This document shows positions 28,290 to 40,027 of a stretch of 41,334 bases of DNA, piece after piece. The stretch lies in sequence record DRR723986_7195. The stretch is one strand, 5' to 3'. A model generated the notes under the pieces. That model did not search any database. It was not told where the DNA came from and saw nothing but the letters and a program-made list of their open reading frames with translations. The number at the start of each line of letters is the position of its first letter. The stretch's first letter is position 1. The position numbers and the translations under genes are program-made.

Positions 28290-31106
28290 GTGTCTTCCTT
28301 GGCTGACCAGGACAACAGCACGCCCACTGACGGTCTCCCGTCCGATATCAAACCGGTCTCCATCGTCGATGAAATGAAGCGCAGCTATCTCGATTACGCG
28401 ATGAGCGTGATCGTGTCGCGTGCGCTGCCTGACGTCCGCGACGGCCTCAAACCGGTTCACCGGCGCATTCTCTACTCGATGCACGAAAACGGCTACGAGT
28501 GGAACAAGCCCTATCGCAAGTCGGCCCGCGTGGTCGGTGACGTCATGGGTAAGTATCACCCGCATGGCGACAGCGCGATTTACGATGCGCTGGTGCGCAT
28601 GGCGCAGAATTTCTCGCTGCGACTGCCGTTGATTGACGGGCAGGGTAACTTCGGCTCCATCGACGGCGATCCAGCAGCGGCCATGCGCTACACCGAGTGC
28701 CGTCTCGAAAAGGTCGCCCACAAACTGCTGGACGATATCGACAAGGAGACGGTCGACTTTCAGGAAAACTACGATAACTCCGAGAGCGAGCCCGTCGTCC
28801 TTCCTGCCAAGTTCCCGAACCTCCTCGTCAACGGTGCCGGCGGTATCGCAGTCGGCATGGCAACCAACATTCCGCCGCACAACCTGGGCGAAGTGATCGA
28901 TGCCGCCATTGCCGTGATGGAAAATCCGGCGATGTCACTCGAAGAACTGATGCAGATCGTTCCAGGCCCGGATTTCCCAACGGGTGGCATGATCCTCGGT
29001 CGTTCGGGTATCCGTAGTGCCTATGAAACGGCCCGCGGTTCGATCGTCATGCGGGCGAAAGTCGACGTCGAGGAAGTGCGCAAGGACCGGACGGCACTGA
29101 TCGTCACGGAAATTCCGTATCAGGTCAACAAATCGACGATGATCGAGAAGATTGCCGAACTGGTGCGCGACAAGCGTATCGAGGGCATCTCGGACATCCG
29201 TGACGAGAGCGACCGCTCGGGCATGCGGGTCGTGATCGAGCTGAAGCGCGATGCGGTTCCGGACGTGATCCTGAATCAGCTCTACCGCTTCAGTCAGTTG
29301 CAGACATCGTTCGGTGCCAACATCGTTGCTCTGAACGGCGGCAAGCCGGAGCAGATGAACCTCTCCGACATGCTGCGCGCCTTCGTCTCCTTCCGCGAGG
29401 AGGTGATCCAGCGACGCACCCGCTACCTGCTGAAGAAAGCCCGTGACCGTGCCCACATCTTGGTGGGCCTGGGCATTGCTGTTGCCAACATTGATGAAGT
29501 CATCAAGCTCATCCGCAGCGCACCGGACCCGGCAACGGCGAGAGCGCAGCTGATGGAGCGCAACTGGCCGGCAAAGGATGTTGAATCGCTCATTCTTCTG
29601 ATCGACGATCCGCGCCACATGGTGCAGGACGACGGCACCTACAAACTGTCAGAAGAACAGGCACGAGCCATTCTCGATCTGCGTCTGCAGCGCCTGACGG
29701 CGATGGGCCGCGATGAAATCGAGGAAGAACTCAACAAGATCGGTGCGGAAATTTCCGACTATCTCGACATCCTGCGCTCCCGGGCCAGGATCCAGGAGAT
29801 CGTTCGCAACGAAATGCTTGAGATCAAGGAAGAATTTGCAACTCCGCGCCGAACCGAAATCATCGAAGGCGGGGCAGATTTCGACGAAGAAGACCTGATC
29901 CAGCGCGAAGACATGGTCGTTACCGTGTCTCACGGTGGCTACATCAAGCGCGTGCCGCTGGCGACCTACCGTGCACAACGACGCGGAGGCAAGGGCCGGT
30001 CCGGCATGGCGACCAAGGACGAGGATTTCGTTACGAGGCTGTTCGTCGCCAATACCCACACGCCGGTTCTGTTCTTCTCCTCGCGCGGCATCTGTTACAA
30101 AATGAAGGTGTGGCGTCTTCCACTCGGCGGACCGACCTCGCGCGGAAAGGCATTGATCAACCTGCTACCTCTCGAACAGGGCGAACAGATCACCTCGATC
30201 CTGCCATTGCCGGAAGACGAGGACAGCTGGGCAAACCTGGATGTGATGTTCGCGACCATACGTGGCACCATCCGGCGCAACAAACTGTCCGATTTCGTCA
30301 ACATCAACCGCAACGGCAAGATTGCCATGAAGCTGGAAGACGGTGACGGGATTGTCGGCGTCGACACCTGTTCTGAACATGACGATGTGATGCTGACGAC
30401 CAACTTCGGTCAGTGTATCCGCTTCCCTGTAACGGATGTGCGTGTCTTCGCTGGTCGTAATTCTGTCGGGGTGCGCGGAATTCGTCTGGCCGATGAGGAT
30501 CGTGTGATCTCCATGCAGATCCTGCACCACATCGATGTGACGGCAGAAGAGCGCGCCGCTTACCTGAAGCTTTCCCGTGCAATGCGTGGTGAAGCAGATG
30601 AGAACGGTAACGGTGCAGACGAAGAGGGCGTAGTTGCCGGCGATCTGCCTCAGGAACGCTACGCTCAGATGAGTGCAGCCGAGCAGATCATCCTGACCAT
30701 CTCTGAAAACGGCTACGGCAAACGGACGTCTTCGTTCGAGTACCGGGTCACCGGCCGAGGCGGCAAAGGCATCACGGCCATGGCTGTCAACAGCCGGAAT
30801 GGCGGACTGATCTCGTCTTTCCCTGTCGAGGACAGCCACCAGATCATGCTGGTAACGGATGGCGGCCAGTTGATCCGTTGTCCGGTGGACGGTATCCGCA
30901 TCGCCGGACGTGCGACCCAGGGCGTGATCGTCTTCAAGACGGCAGCCGACGAAAAGGTCGTTGCGGTCGAAGGGATCTCCGAAGTCGATGAAGACGACGT
31001 CCTCGAAGACGCCCTGGAAGGAGAAGCTGAAGGTTCAGCTGAACCAGGTGAGAATGACGCCGGGACCGATTCCGCCGAAGGAGATGAAACGCCTCCGGAA
31101 GCCTGA
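28290..31106 (+). CDS. gyrA: DNA gyrase subunit A (start may be TTG 28299)
   Basis: [40 protein letters not shown], GyrA-box QRRGGKG, acidic tail. Confidence 0.97.
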   Translation: MSSLADQDNSTPTDGLPSDIKPVSIVDEMKRSYLDYAMSVIVSRALPDVRDGLKPVHRRILYSMHENGYEWNKPYRKSARVVGDVMGKYHPHGDSAIYDALVRMAQNFSLRLPLIDGQGNFGSIDGDPAAAMRYTECRLEKVAHKLLDDIDKETVDFQENYDNSESEPVVLPAKFPNLLVNGAGGIAVGMATNIPPHNLGEVIDAAIAVMENPAMSLEELMQIVPGPDFPTGGMILGRSGIRSAYETARGSIVMRAKVDVEEVRKDRTALIVTEIPYQVNKSTMIEKIAELVRDKRIEGISDIRDESDRSGMRVVIELKRDAVPDVILNQLYRFSQLQTSFGANIVALNGGKPEQMNLSDMLRAFVSFREEVIQRRTRYLLKKARDRAHILVGLGIAVANIDEVIKLIRSAPDPATARAQLMERNWPAKDVESLILLIDDPRHMVQDDGTYKLSEEQARAILDLRLQRLTAMGRDEIEEELNKIGAEISDYLDILRSRARIQEIVRNEMLEIKEEFATPRRTEIIEGGADFDEEDLIQREDMVVTVSHGGYIKRVPLATYRAQRRGGKGRSGMATKDEDFVTRLFVANTHTPVLFFSSRGICYKMKVWRLPLGGPTSRGKALINLLPLEQGEQITSILPLPEDEDSWANLDVMFATIRGTIRRNKLSDFVNINRNGKIAMKLEDGDGIVGVDTCSEHDDVMLTTNFGQCIRFPVTDVRVFAGRNSVGVRGIRLADEDRVISMQILHHIDVTAEERAAYLKLSRAMRGEADENGNGADEEGVVAGDLPQERYAQMSAAEQIILTISENGYGKRTSSFEYRVTGRGGKGITAMAVNSRNGGLISSFPVEDSHQIMLVTDGGQLIRCPVDGIRIAGRATQGVIVFKTAADEKVVAVEGISEVDEDDVLEDALEGEAEGSAEPGENDAGTDSAEGDETPPEA

Positions 31107-31134
31107 TCCCTGATTGGCTAGACCTGAAAACGAC

Positions 31135-31168
31135 AACAGCGGCCAGGGTGGAACCTGAGCCGCTGTTT
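31135..31168. terminator. Probable terminator hairpin after gyrA, between convergent genes
   Basis: AACAGCGGC-CAGG..CCTG-A-GCCGCTGTT stem. Confidence 0.6.
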
Positions 31169-31200
31169 GCCGTTACGGGGAGGGAGGTTTGAGACGAAGC

Positions 31201-31617
31201 TCAGTTGGCCACGGGGTAACGGGCCAGAATTGTTTCATTTACGGTGGGTGCAGTTTTCTCGACGGTGACGAAGGACACGTTGCGTACACGGTTCGCACCG
31301 GTCAGTGCCGCTGCACAGTCTTCGCTCCAGGCGCCCCAAGCTTGTGTTTCACATGCCTTTGATGCCGGAATTTGCACAGCGCGGTCGGACTTTGTGGAAG
31401 CAAGTCCCTGCGTTGCCAGGCTGGTCAGACCTTCTGCCTGCGACGCTTTGCTCGGGTGCATGCTCATCATGCCTGCGGCAATCATCGTCAACAACGCCAG
31501 AACGAAAATAGCGGCCATCTTGAATTGTCCGGCCGGATCGATTGCCTTCGCCTGAAAGGCAAAAGGACGTACCGCGATAGCCGTTGCGGTCCGGTCGATT
31601 GTAGTAGTGCTCCTCAT
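31201..31617 (-). CDS. Hypothetical membrane-anchored/exported protein
   Basis: One hydrophobic segment, KSDR motif, CETQAWGAWSEDC Cys pair; AGGAG RBS. Confidence 0.7.
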   Translation of the reverse strand: MRSTTTIDRTATAIAVRPFAFQAKAIDPAGQFKMAAIFVLALLTMIAAGMMSMHPSKASQAEGLTSLATQGLASTKSDRAVQIPASKACETQAWGAWSEDCAAALTGANRVRNVSFVTVEKTAPTVNETILARYPVAN

Positions 31618-31685
31618 GATGCTGGCTCCTGCTCACGCCAATTGATTTCGATGGAGCCACTTTGACCTAGGTTTGCAAAGAGAGT

Positions 31686-31701
31686 TGTGACGGTCGTCAC
31701 A
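31686..31701. promoter_or_regulatory. CRP/FNR-family-like palindrome TGTGA-N6-TCACA
   Basis: TGTGACG-GT-CGTCACA in the divergent gap between the 31201-31617 gene and coaD. Confidence 0.5.
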
Positions 31702-31782
31702 CAATGTCAGTTACTGGCAAAAGACGCGTTCATGCCTGCGTTCTACTTGTTAGGCAGGTGCAGGCAGAGTAAGGAAGGTGCC

Positions 31783-32289
31783 ATGAATCGTATTGCGCTT
31801 TATCCTGGATCCTTCGATCCCGTCACCAATGGCCACATGGATATATTGCGTCAGTCGCTTGCGCTGGCGGACAAGGTGGTGGTTGCCATCGGCATTCACC
31901 CCGGCAAGTCTCCCCTGTTTTCCTTCGAGGAACGGGTCGAATTGATCCATGCTTCAGCTCGTTCGGAATTCACTCCGGAGGAAGCTGAACGGATTGATGT
32001 CATCGCCTTCGACAATCTGGTCATCGAAACGGCACGCCAGCAAAACGCCGCTTACCTGGTTCGCGGTCTGCGGGACGGGACGGATCTTGACTACGAGATG
32101 CAGATGGCGGGCATGAACGGCACGCTGGAACCTGACATTCGTACGGTATTTCTTCCGGCTTCTCCGAACGTGCGCCACATCACGGCCACCTTGGTACGTC
32201 AAATCGCGAAGATGGGCGGAGAAATTTCCGCTTTTGTGCCGGAACCGGTTGCCGAACCATTGAGATCGCGCGCGAAACCCGGCGCGTAA
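31783..32289 (+). CDS. coaD: Phosphopantetheine adenylyltransferase
   Basis: [38 protein letters not shown]. Confidence 0.95.
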   Translation: MNRIALYPGSFDPVTNGHMDILRQSLALADKVVVAIGIHPGKSPLFSFEERVELIHASARSEFTPEEAERIDVIAFDNLVIETARQQNAAYLVRGLRDGTDLDYEMQMAGMNGTLEPDIRTVFLPASPNVRHITATLVRQIAKMGGEISAFVPEPVAEPLRSRAKPGA

Positions 32290-32329
32290 TTCAAAGCCAA
32301 GCTCTAGACCTGAACCTTAGGAGTCTCCA

Positions 32330-32869
32330 GTGTCGCGCTTTTTTGCAATTTTTGCCGTTCTGGCTTCACTTCTGATCCTGCCTTCGGCCGCCAGTGCCCA
32401 AGGCACCGATCCGGAAAACACAATTTATCTCGATTTGAAGGACGGGCGCGTGGTCATACAGCTTCGTCCGGACCTTGCTCCGGCTCACGTTGAGCGGATC
32501 AAGAAGCTTTCCCGCGAAGGTTTTTACGACGGTATCGTCTTCCATCGCGTCATCGACGGCTTCATGGCCCAGACCGGTGACCCGACGGGCACCGGCACGG
32601 GCCGTTCCAGCGAACCTAACCTGAAGGCTGAGTTTTCCAACGCACCGTTCAAGCGTGGCACGCTCGGCATGGCGCGTTCCGCAAGCCCGGACAGCGCCAA
32701 TTCCCAGTTTTTCATCATGTTCGGCGATGGCGATTGGCTGAACGGCCAGTACACCGTATTCGGTGAAATCGTCGACGGTATGGAATTCGTCGACAACATC
32801 ACCCGCGGCGAACCGCCGGCAAATCCGGACAAGATCATCAAGATGCAGGTCGCCTCGGACGCACAATAA
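32330..32869 (+). CDS. Cyclophilin-type peptidyl-prolyl isomerase with signal peptide
   Basis: FHRVIDGFMAQTGDP, GMAR, ANSQFFI; N-terminal signal peptide. Confidence 0.93.
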   Translation: MSRFFAIFAVLASLLILPSAASAQGTDPENTIYLDLKDGRVVIQLRPDLAPAHVERIKKLSREGFYDGIVFHRVIDGFMAQTGDPTGTGTGRSSEPNLKAEFSNAPFKRGTLGMARSASPDSANSQFFIMFGDGDWLNGQYTVFGEIVDGMEFVDNITRGEPPANPDKIIKMQVASDAQ

Positions 32870-32913
32870 CGTTCACGCGACTACAATTTCGAAAATACCC
32901 AAGGAGATACTCG

Positions 32914-33387
32914 ATGGCTGACATCAAAGACGCCGAAAACACCCTTCTCATGGAAACCAGCCAGGGACCGGTTGTTATCGAACTGAAGCCGGACCTCGCG
33001 CCGACGCATGTCGCACGCATCAAGGAACTGGTTCGCGAAGGTTTTTACGACGGCATCGTGTTTCACCGCGTAATCGACGGCTTCATGGCACAGACCGGCT
33101 GCCCGCAGGGCACTGGCACTGGTGGTTCCGGCAAGAAATTGAAAGCGGAATTCAGCAATGAGAAGCACGTGCGCGGCACCTGCTCCATGGCTCGCGCAAT
33201 GGACCCGAACTCCGGTGACAGCCAGTTCTTTATTTGCTTTACCGATGCACCCTGGCTCGACGGTCAGTACACCGTCTGGGGTGAAGTGATCGAAGGCATG
33301 GACAATGTCGACAAGATCAAGCGTGGCGAACCGGTTGCCAATCCGGACAATATCGTCTCCTTGAAAGTGGCGGCCGACGCGGCCTGA
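32914..33387 (+). CDS. Cyclophilin-type peptidyl-prolyl isomerase, cytoplasmic
   Basis: FHRVIDGFMAQTGCP, CSMAR, GDSQFFIC, LDGQYTVWG. Confidence 0.93.
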   Translation: MADIKDAENTLLMETSQGPVVIELKPDLAPTHVARIKELVREGFYDGIVFHRVIDGFMAQTGCPQGTGTGGSGKKLKAEFSNEKHVRGTCSMARAMDPNSGDSQFFICFTDAPWLDGQYTVWGEVIEGMDNVDKIKRGEPVANPDNIVSLKVAADAA

Positions 33388-33413
33388 ACCACCTGAAAGT
33401 GGCTTTAACGATG

Positions 33414-33447
33414 CAGCGCGGATCAGTCATCCGCGCTGTTTTGTTTT
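33414..33447 (+). terminator. Intrinsic terminator after the cyclophilin pair
   Basis: CAGCGCGGAT-CAGTC-ATCCGCGCTG followed by TTTTGTTTT. Confidence 0.8.
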
Positions 33448-33580
33448 GGATGTACCGTCAGACGGTTGACCTGCTCCGCCGTCGCCAGTAAGAGCCGCTG
33501 ACTGAAAGTCCGGTTGCCGCTCTGGATGGAATGGCGCCGCACCCCGAAACCTTCCAGAGATCCGTCAGTAGCAAATCACC

Positions 33581-34654
33581 ATGCGCGTCGACCAATTCGA
33601 CTTTGTTCTTCCCAACGAACGGATCGCCTTGCGCCCGGCTCGGCCACGTGATTCCGCTCGCATGCTTGTCGTTAAACCAGGTGCTGAACCTGAACTATCC
33701 GACACGGGTGTTCGCGAATTGCCGCTGTTGCTGGAGCCCGGTGATGCGCTGGTCTTCAACGATACCAAGGTGATACCCGCACAGCTTGAAGGAACACGCC
33801 TGCGAGGAGACATTACCGCGGGCATCGGGGCGACGCTGCACATGCGCACCGGGCCGGACCGCTGGAAGGCCTTCGTCCGGCCGGCAAAGAAATTGCAAGT
33901 TGGCGATACCGTGCTTTTCGAAGGGTTCGGCACACGGCTAACGGCGGAAGTTACCGAAAAGGGTGATAGCGGTGAAGTATTGCTGACTTTCGACCGGTCC
34001 GGACCTGATCTCGACATTGCAATCGCATCCGTTGGACACATACCCTTGCCACCGTATATTGCGCAAAAGCGTGGCGAAGACGACCAGGATCGCAAGGACT
34101 ATCAGACGATATTTGCCGAAAAGGACGGCGCCGTTGCCGCACCGACTGCGGGTCTTCATTTTACGCCTGAACTGCTGAAGGCATTGAGCGAGCGCGGTAT
34201 CGAACAGCACCGCGTAACACTGCATGTCGGAGCCGGCACCTTTCTGCCGGTAAAGGCGGAAGACACTGCAGATCACAAGATGCACGCAGAATGGGGCGAA
34301 ATCTCCGAAGAGACCGCTGCCGCACTTCTGGCCGTCAAGGCAAGGGGTAACAAGGTTGTCAGCGTCGGCACGACATCCCTGCGGATCCTTGAAAGCTCCG
34401 CCCAGGCAAGTGGCGCCATCGCCGCCTTTGCGGGTGAAACCTCGATCTTCATCACGCCCGGCTACCGCTTCAAGGCGATCGACGCGTTGATGACCAACTT
34501 CCATCTTCCGCGTTCTACGTTGTTCATGCTGGTGTCGGCTCTTTCGGGCCTGGACACGATGCGGCGTGCCTATGCACACGCTATTTCTCAGGAATACCGT
34601 TTTTACAGCTATGGCGACGCTTCCTTGCTTTTCCCGCAGGAAGGCGCTGTCTGA
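33581..34654 (+). CDS. queA: S-adenosylmethionine:tRNA ribosyltransferase-isomerase
   Basis: [55 protein letters not shown]. Confidence 0.97.
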   Translation: MRVDQFDFVLPNERIALRPARPRDSARMLVVKPGAEPELSDTGVRELPLLLEPGDALVFNDTKVIPAQLEGTRLRGDITAGIGATLHMRTGPDRWKAFVRPAKKLQVGDTVLFEGFGTRLTAEVTEKGDSGEVLLTFDRSGPDLDIAIASVGHIPLPPYIAQKRGEDDQDRKDYQTIFAEKDGAVAAPTAGLHFTPELLKALSERGIEQHRVTLHVGAGTFLPVKAEDTADHKMHAEWGEISEETAAALLAVKARGNKVVSVGTTSLRILESSAQASGAIAAFAGETSIFITPGYRFKAIDALMTNFHLPRSTLFMLVSALSGLDTMRRAYAHAISQEYRFYSYGDASLLFPQEGAV

Positions 34655-34663
34655 GGACCAATC

Positions 34664-35818
34664 ATGACCGAAAAAACCGGCAAGACCTTCAGCTTCAAGC
34701 TGATCACCACGGACGGCGCGGCGCGGCGCGGCGAAATCACGACGCCTCACGGTGTCGTGCGCACACCCGCTTTCATGCCGGTGGGCACTCAGGCAACTGT
34801 GAAGGCGATGTACCCGGAGCAGGTGCGGGAAACCGGTGCAGACGTGGTTCTCGGCAATACCTATCACCTGATGCTTCGCCCGACTGCCGAACGGGTCGCG
34901 AGACTTGGCGGACTGCACACCTTCATGAACTGGCCTCACACGATCCTCACCGACAGCGGTGGTTTCCAGGTGATGTCGCTGGCTCAGCTGCGGAAGCTGG
35001 ATGAAGACGGTGTGCGTTTCCAAAGCCACATTGACGGTCAGAAGTACCATCTCACACCGGAACGTTCGGTCGAGATACAGGGACTTCTCGGGTCAGATAT
35101 CCAAATGCAGCTGGACGAGTGCATCAAGTTGCCGAGCCCCCGTGAAGAAGTCCAAAGAGCAATGGAGCTGTCTCTCAGATGGGCAGAACGCTCTCGCAAC
35201 CAGTTCGAAGCCATGGGTGGACCAGGAAAAGGGCAGGGGCTTTACGGTATCGTTCAAGGTGGTGATCAACCCGACCTTCGTATTCGCTCGGCAGAAGAAC
35301 TCGGCAAAATGCCGTTTGAAGGCTATTCGGTTGGCGGTCTGGCGGTTGGTGAACCTCAGGACGTCATGCTGAGCATGCTCGACATCACGACGCCAGTTAT
35401 GCCGGTGGACAAGCCACGTTACCTGATGGGCGTTGGGACACCGGACGATCTTCTGGAAAGCGTAAAGCGCGGCATTGACCAGTTTGATTGCGTGATGCCA
35501 ACCCGGGCAGGTCGCCACGGTCTGGCCTATACGCGCTATGGCAAGGTCAACCTCAAGAATGCCCGTCACCAGGATGACCCACGCCCGCTGGACGAGGCGA
35601 GCACCTGTCCCGCGTCTAGCGTCTACAGCAGAGCCTATCTGCACCATCTGGTGCGGGCTGGCGAAGGACTGGCCGGCATGCTGCTCACCTGGAACAACAT
35701 CGCCTACTATCAGTACCTGATGCAGGGGATGCGTGACGCGATCGAGGCCGGGTCATTCGAAGACTTCTACTCAAAGACCAAGGAAGACTGGGCGCGCGGC
35801 GATATTGCCGCGCTGTAA
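34664..35818 (+). CDS. tgt: Queuine tRNA-ribosyltransferase
   Basis: [43 protein letters not shown]. Confidence 0.97.
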   Translation: MTEKTGKTFSFKLITTDGAARRGEITTPHGVVRTPAFMPVGTQATVKAMYPEQVRETGADVVLGNTYHLMLRPTAERVARLGGLHTFMNWPHTILTDSGGFQVMSLAQLRKLDEDGVRFQSHIDGQKYHLTPERSVEIQGLLGSDIQMQLDECIKLPSPREEVQRAMELSLRWAERSRNQFEAMGGPGKGQGLYGIVQGGDQPDLRIRSAEELGKMPFEGYSVGGLAVGEPQDVMLSMLDITTPVMPVDKPRYLMGVGTPDDLLESVKRGIDQFDCVMPTRAGRHGLAYTRYGKVNLKNARHQDDPRPLDEASTCPASSVYSRAYLHHLVRAGEGLAGMLLTWNNIAYYQYLMQGMRDAIEAGSFEDFYSKTKEDWARGDIAAL

Positions 35819-35854
35819 CCCGGCACACTCAATCCAGGTTCAGGCTGAAACTGA

Positions 35855-36289
35855 CTAGGCGGAAAATCCATCCGCTTTCGTCAGATAGCAGCCGGAAATC
35901 TTCCAACTGCCGTCATCCTGTTGCTCGAAACTGTAAAGAGCCAGCCAGTTTTGACCATTTGGACCGGTTACATAGACTTCCTGCGTTGGTCCGAGCTTGG
36001 TCATTTTCGACCGGCCGAACGTCACGCTTTGAGGCTTGTAAACTGGCTGGTAGCCTTGCCGCACCATTTCCATGAAGAACTCTGGTGTTTGAAACCGCTG
36101 TTGCAAGGAACTGGTTGCGAACGAGAAGGCAGCCTGGGCATTGCCCGTCGCAAAGGCACTCATCTGATTTTTGATGATCTTGTGAAAGGCACTGCTGTCG
36201 AGCCCTTCTTCGGCGCGGACAGACCCTGTAGCCAGCAACGCGCTGACGCCGGCCACCGCCACCATCTTCCAGAAACGAGCATGAGCCAT
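35855..36289 (-). CDS. Secreted DUF4864-like protein
   Basis: Signal peptide; QMSAF..G..AAFSFA, FMEMVRQGYQPVY, DGSWKISGC; AGGAG before ATG 36289. Confidence 0.75.
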   Translation of the reverse strand: MAHARFWKMVAVAGVSALLATGSVRAEEGLDSSAFHKIIKNQMSAFATGNAQAAFSFATSSLQQRFQTPEFFMEMVRQGYQPVYKPQSVTFGRSKMTKLGPTQEVYVTGPNGQNWLALYSFEQQDDGSWKISGCYLTKADGFSA

Positions 36290-36474
36290 GTTCGGTGTCT
36301 CCTTTCCTGAAACCCGAATAGTATACGGCTCCAAACCCTTTTCAGATTGCTAAAGTACGAGCAAACCCTTGCGGCAATTCTCGGCAGTTTGAACTGTTTT
36401 ATGGCAGATCTTGAACTGCGAATTCTCGTCACGCGTACCGCGGCACAACAAAACCGTGAAATAGTCCTGTAAAA

Positions 36475-37779
36475 TCAAAGGCGCCAGAGCTGGATTCCCT
36501 CCGGACAAGTGGAGCGATCCAAAAGCGCCGGTATGTCAGCAACCAGGCCGCGTTGATCTTTCAGAACGTCTTTCAGGACCTGCCAACCGGTTCCATCTTG
36601 GAAAAAATGCCGATGCGGGACCGCAAGTACGGCAACATCCGCAGCATCGAGGTCTTCTTCCCGGGTGAGGGTGATTCCATATTCGGCCGCAACCTCATCG
36701 GGATGTGCAAGTGGATCACAGACCTGAACACGGGCCCCAAACTTTTCCAGCTCCCTGATGAGATCGACGACCTTGGAATTACGGGTATCAGGCACATTTG
36801 CCTTGTAGGTAATGCCGAGAACGACAACTTTCGGAGGCATGGGCATGCCAAGCTTCACGCTTTCCTGGATGATCTTGCCTGCAATAAATGCCGGCATTGC
36901 CTCGTTGGTGCCGCGACCCGCCAGAATAACCTGAGGTGTCATGCCGATCTCGTGTGCCTTGTGGGTCAGGTAATAGGGATCGACACCGATGCAGTGCCCC
37001 CCGACCAGTCCCGGCTGGAACGGCAGGAAGTTCCATTTGGTTGAAGACCCCTTCAACACGTCCCGGGTATCGATGCCCATCTGGTGGAATAGCATCGCCA
37101 GTTCGTTCATGAGAGCAATATTGAGATCGCGTTGTGTGTTCTCAATCACCTTCGCCGCTTCCGCTACGCGGATCGACGGGGCAAGGTGAATACCTGCCGT
37201 GACAACCGCTCCATAGAGCGTATTGAGCGTTTCGGCTGTTTCCGGGTTGGAACCCGAAACGATTTTGGTGATGTCAGCAAAGCCTCGCTCGGTATCGCCA
37301 GGATTTATGCGCTCTGGCGAATAACCGACGGCAAAATCCCTGTTGAAGAGCAGCCCCGATTCCGTCTCGAGGACGGGAACTGCGATCTCTTCGGTTGCCC
37401 CTGGATACACGGTAGATTCAAAGACAACGATGGCCCCTGGTTTCAGATTGCGGCCGACAGTTGCTGCTGCGTTTCTGAAAGGCGAAAGGTCGGGTCGTTT
37501 GGCGTGATCGACAGGTGTCGGCACGGCCACGATCAAGACATCCCTATCGCTCAGATCCTTTTCGTTGTTGGAAAAAACCAGCGATTCCTGCTGCAAATCC
37601 GCGTCATCGACAGACGACGTGCTGTCCTGACCGCTGCGCAACTCGTTCAACCGGTTTTCGTTTATATCGAACCCGAGAACGTCAAAACCCTTCGCAGCGA
37701 AGGCCACCGCCACGGGCAGACCGACATAACCCAGACCGATAACCGCGATCTTGGTGGAGTGAATGGAATTGTCGTGCAT
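36475..37779 (-). CDS. Nucleotide-sugar (UDP-HexNAc) dehydrogenase, WbpO/TviB-like
   Basis: IGLGYVGLP, VAVPTP, ESTVYPG, SPERINPG, AAKVIENTQRD, GGHCIGVDP. Confidence 0.9.
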   Translation of the reverse strand: MHDNSIHSTKIAVIGLGYVGLPVAVAFAAKGFDVLGFDINENRLNELRSGQDSTSSVDDADLQQESLVFSNNEKDLSDRDVLIVAVPTPVDHAKRPDLSPFRNAAATVGRNLKPGAIVVFESTVYPGATEEIAVPVLETESGLLFNRDFAVGYSPERINPGDTERGFADITKIVSGSNPETAETLNTLYGAVVTAGIHLAPSIRVAEAAKVIENTQRDLNIALMNELAMLFHQMGIDTRDVLKGSSTKWNFLPFQPGLVGGHCIGVDPYYLTHKAHEIGMTPQVILAGRGTNEAMPAFIAGKIIQESVKLGMPMPPKVVVLGITYKANVPDTRNSKVVDLIRELEKFGARVQVCDPLAHPDEVAAEYGITLTREEDLDAADVAVLAVPHRHFFQDGTGWQVLKDVLKDQRGLVADIPALLDRSTCPEGIQLWRL

Positions 37780-37808
37780 GAGGCATCCGGGATTGAAGCA
37801 AACGGAAA

Positions 37809-37836
37809 GGGCCGGGTCTTGCGCAAGACCCGGCCC
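37809..37836. repeat. Perfect 28-bp palindrome between galU and the sugar dehydrogenase
   Basis: GGGCCGGGTCTTGC|GCAAGACCCGGCCC. Confidence 0.7.
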
Positions 37837-37891
37837 ACTCCTAAAGGCTTCTGGTGAACCTTTTCAAGTCCGCAGTGAAAACGATCGCAGA

Positions 37892-38785
37892 TTATTCGGC
37901 GGCCAAGGGTTTGCGAATGATCTCTTCCATGAACGGAACCAGTTCCCGAGCAAGTTTCGGATCGTCCATGCCGAATGCTATATTGGCGCTCAGGAAGCCG
38001 GCCTTGTTACCGCAGTCGTAGCTCCGACCTTCGAACTTGAGTGAAGCGAAGTGCTGTTCCTTCATCAAGGCCAGCATGCTGTCAGTCAACTGGATCTCGC
38101 CACCTGCACCTTTGCCCTGGTTGGACAGAAGATCGAAGATTTCCGGCTGAAGAATGTAGCGGCCGGTGATCATCAAATTGGAAGGCGCCGTACCGGGTGC
38201 GGGCTTTTCGACCATATTTGAGATCTTGTGCGCATTTGCACCGAGTTCTCCGTCAAGTTCCACAATGCCGTACTGATCTGTCTGGTCTTCGGGAACTTCT
38301 TCCACGGCGATGATGTTGCCACCCGTATTTTGATAGAGGTCTACCATCTGCTTGAGGCAGCTGACCTGAGACTTGATGATCACGTCCGGCAACAGAATGG
38401 CAAAGGGCTCGTTGCCGATAATATCGCGTGCACACCAGATAGCGTGGCCGAGGCCAAGCGGGGCCTGCTGACGGGTGAAGGAAGTGGCACCCGGAACCGG
38501 GCGGTGCTTTTCAAGCAGTTCCAGAGCAGCAGTCTTGTTTCTCGCCTTGAGGGTATCTTCCAGCTCATAGGCCATATCGAAATGGTCTTCGATAACCTGT
38601 TTGTTTCGCCCGGTGACGAAAACGATATGTTCGATACCTGCGGCCCGTGCTTCATCCACCACATACTGGATGATCGGACGGTCAACGATCGTCAGCATTT
38701 CCTTCGGTACTGCCTTGGTCGCGGGCAGAAACCGAGTGCCAAGACCTGCCACGGGCAGGATCGCTTTGCGAATGGGCTTGTTCAT
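37892..38785 (-). CDS. galU: UTP-glucose-1-phosphate uridylyltransferase
   Basis: PVAGLGTRFLPATKAVPKEML, LGLGHAI, VEKP, GRYIL, GEIQLTD. Confidence 0.96.
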   Translation of the reverse strand: MNKPIRKAILPVAGLGTRFLPATKAVPKEMLTIVDRPIIQYVVDEARAAGIEHIVFVTGRNKQVIEDHFDMAYELEDTLKARNKTAALELLEKHRPVPGATSFTRQQAPLGLGHAIWCARDIIGNEPFAILLPDVIIKSQVSCLKQMVDLYQNTGGNIIAVEEVPEDQTDQYGIVELDGELGANAHKISNMVEKPAPGTAPSNLMITGRYILQPEIFDLLSNQGKGAGGEIQLTDSMLALMKEQHFASLKFEGRSYDCGNKAGFLSANIAFGMDDPKLARELVPFMEEIIRKPLAAE

Positions 38786-39178
38786 GTCAGGCCTTCCGAT
38801 GGTCTACAAATACGAACTCAATCTTCTTTTACCCACTAATAGTCTCATGAGCCGTTGAATACACGTTCTAAACTCAGATCGTCCGCGGGCGCGACGTTGC
38901 AGTTAGCCCAAGTGGCAATCAGCCGGACCCTCAGGTCTTTGGCCGGTTGCAAGCTTGTGCACTGCAATACTAACGCAATAACTTCGACAAAGTGATCATT
39001 TTATGTCGGGCTGAGACTACACACTTTTAAATCGATTTAAGGCTTGTCCGCTTTCCGCGATAGCGATGTTGCGGGCAGGCGAAAAGAGCGCTATGGAACT
39101 CCGCAAGTTCCGAGATCGGACTTGTTTCCTGAACGAGTTGCTGCGCTCAAGCGACAACCGCATGGCATAAGGTGGAAA

Positions 39179-40027
39179 ATGACCGAGGCAAACCGCGTAG
39201 TTTCCGTTGGCAATGTAACCTTCAGCAATGATGCGCCTTTCAGCCTCATTGCCGGCCCGTGCCAGCTTGAAAGCCGCGAGCACGCACTGGAATGCGCAGC
39301 CGCGATCAAGGAAATTACGGATCGTCTCGGTATTGGCGTCATTTACAAGACTTCATACGACAAGGCCAACCGGACATCTCTCGCAGGAAAACGGGGTGTT
39401 GGCATGGAAGAAGCCATGCCGATCTTTGCCGAAGTGAAGGAAAAATTCGGCATGCCGGTCTTGACCGATGTGCACAGCCCCGAGCAATGCGCACCGGTTG
39501 CGGAAGTTGTCGATGTCCTGCAGATCCCGGCATTCCTCTGCCGCCAGACGGACTTGCTTGTGGCAGCAGCAAAGACCGGCCGCGTGGTCAACATCAAGAA
39601 AGGCCAGTTCCTGGCGCCCTGGGACATGAAAAATGTTCTGGGGAAAGTGACCGGTTCGGGCAATGCCAATGTCATGTTGACCGAACGCGGCGCCAGCTTC
39701 GGCTACAACACGCTTGTTACCGATATGCGCTCGCTGCCGATCATGGCACAGACCGGTGCGCCGGTCATTTTTGATGCAACACATTCCGTGCAGCAGCCGG
39801 GCGGGCAGGGCGCTTCCACCGGCGGCGACCGGACAATGGTACCCGTTCTTGCGCGCGCAGCAGTGGCCGTGGGTGTTGCAGGTCTCTTCATCGAAACGCA
39901 CCCTGATCCGGACAACGCTCCGTCCGATGGGCCGAATATGGTGCCGCTCGACCAACTCGAAGCGTTGCTGGCCCAGTTGAAGGCACTGGACAACGTCGTC
40001 AAGGCACCGGCAACCGCTGCAGAATAG
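39179..40027 (+). CDS. kdsA: KDO 8-phosphate synthase
   Basis: [57 protein letters not shown]. Confidence 0.96.
   Translation: MTEANRVVSVGNVTFSNDAPFSLIAGPCQLESREHALECAAAIKEITDRLGIGVIYKTSYDKANRTSLAGKRGVGMEEAMPIFAEVKEKFGMPVLTDVHSPEQCAPVAEVVDVLQIPAFLCRQTDLLVAAAKTGRVVNIKKGQFLAPWDMKNVLGKVTGSGNANVMLTERGASFGYNTLVTDMRSLPIMAQTGAPVIFDATHSVQQPGGQGASTGGDRTMVPVLARAAVAVGVAGLFIETHPDPDNAPSDGPNMVPLDQLEALLAQLKALDNVVKAPATAAE

Noticed and set aside
28540-28600. Possible quinolone-resistance substitutions in GyrA
   Set aside because: [10 protein letters not shown] retains the Ser83- and Asp87-equivalent residues
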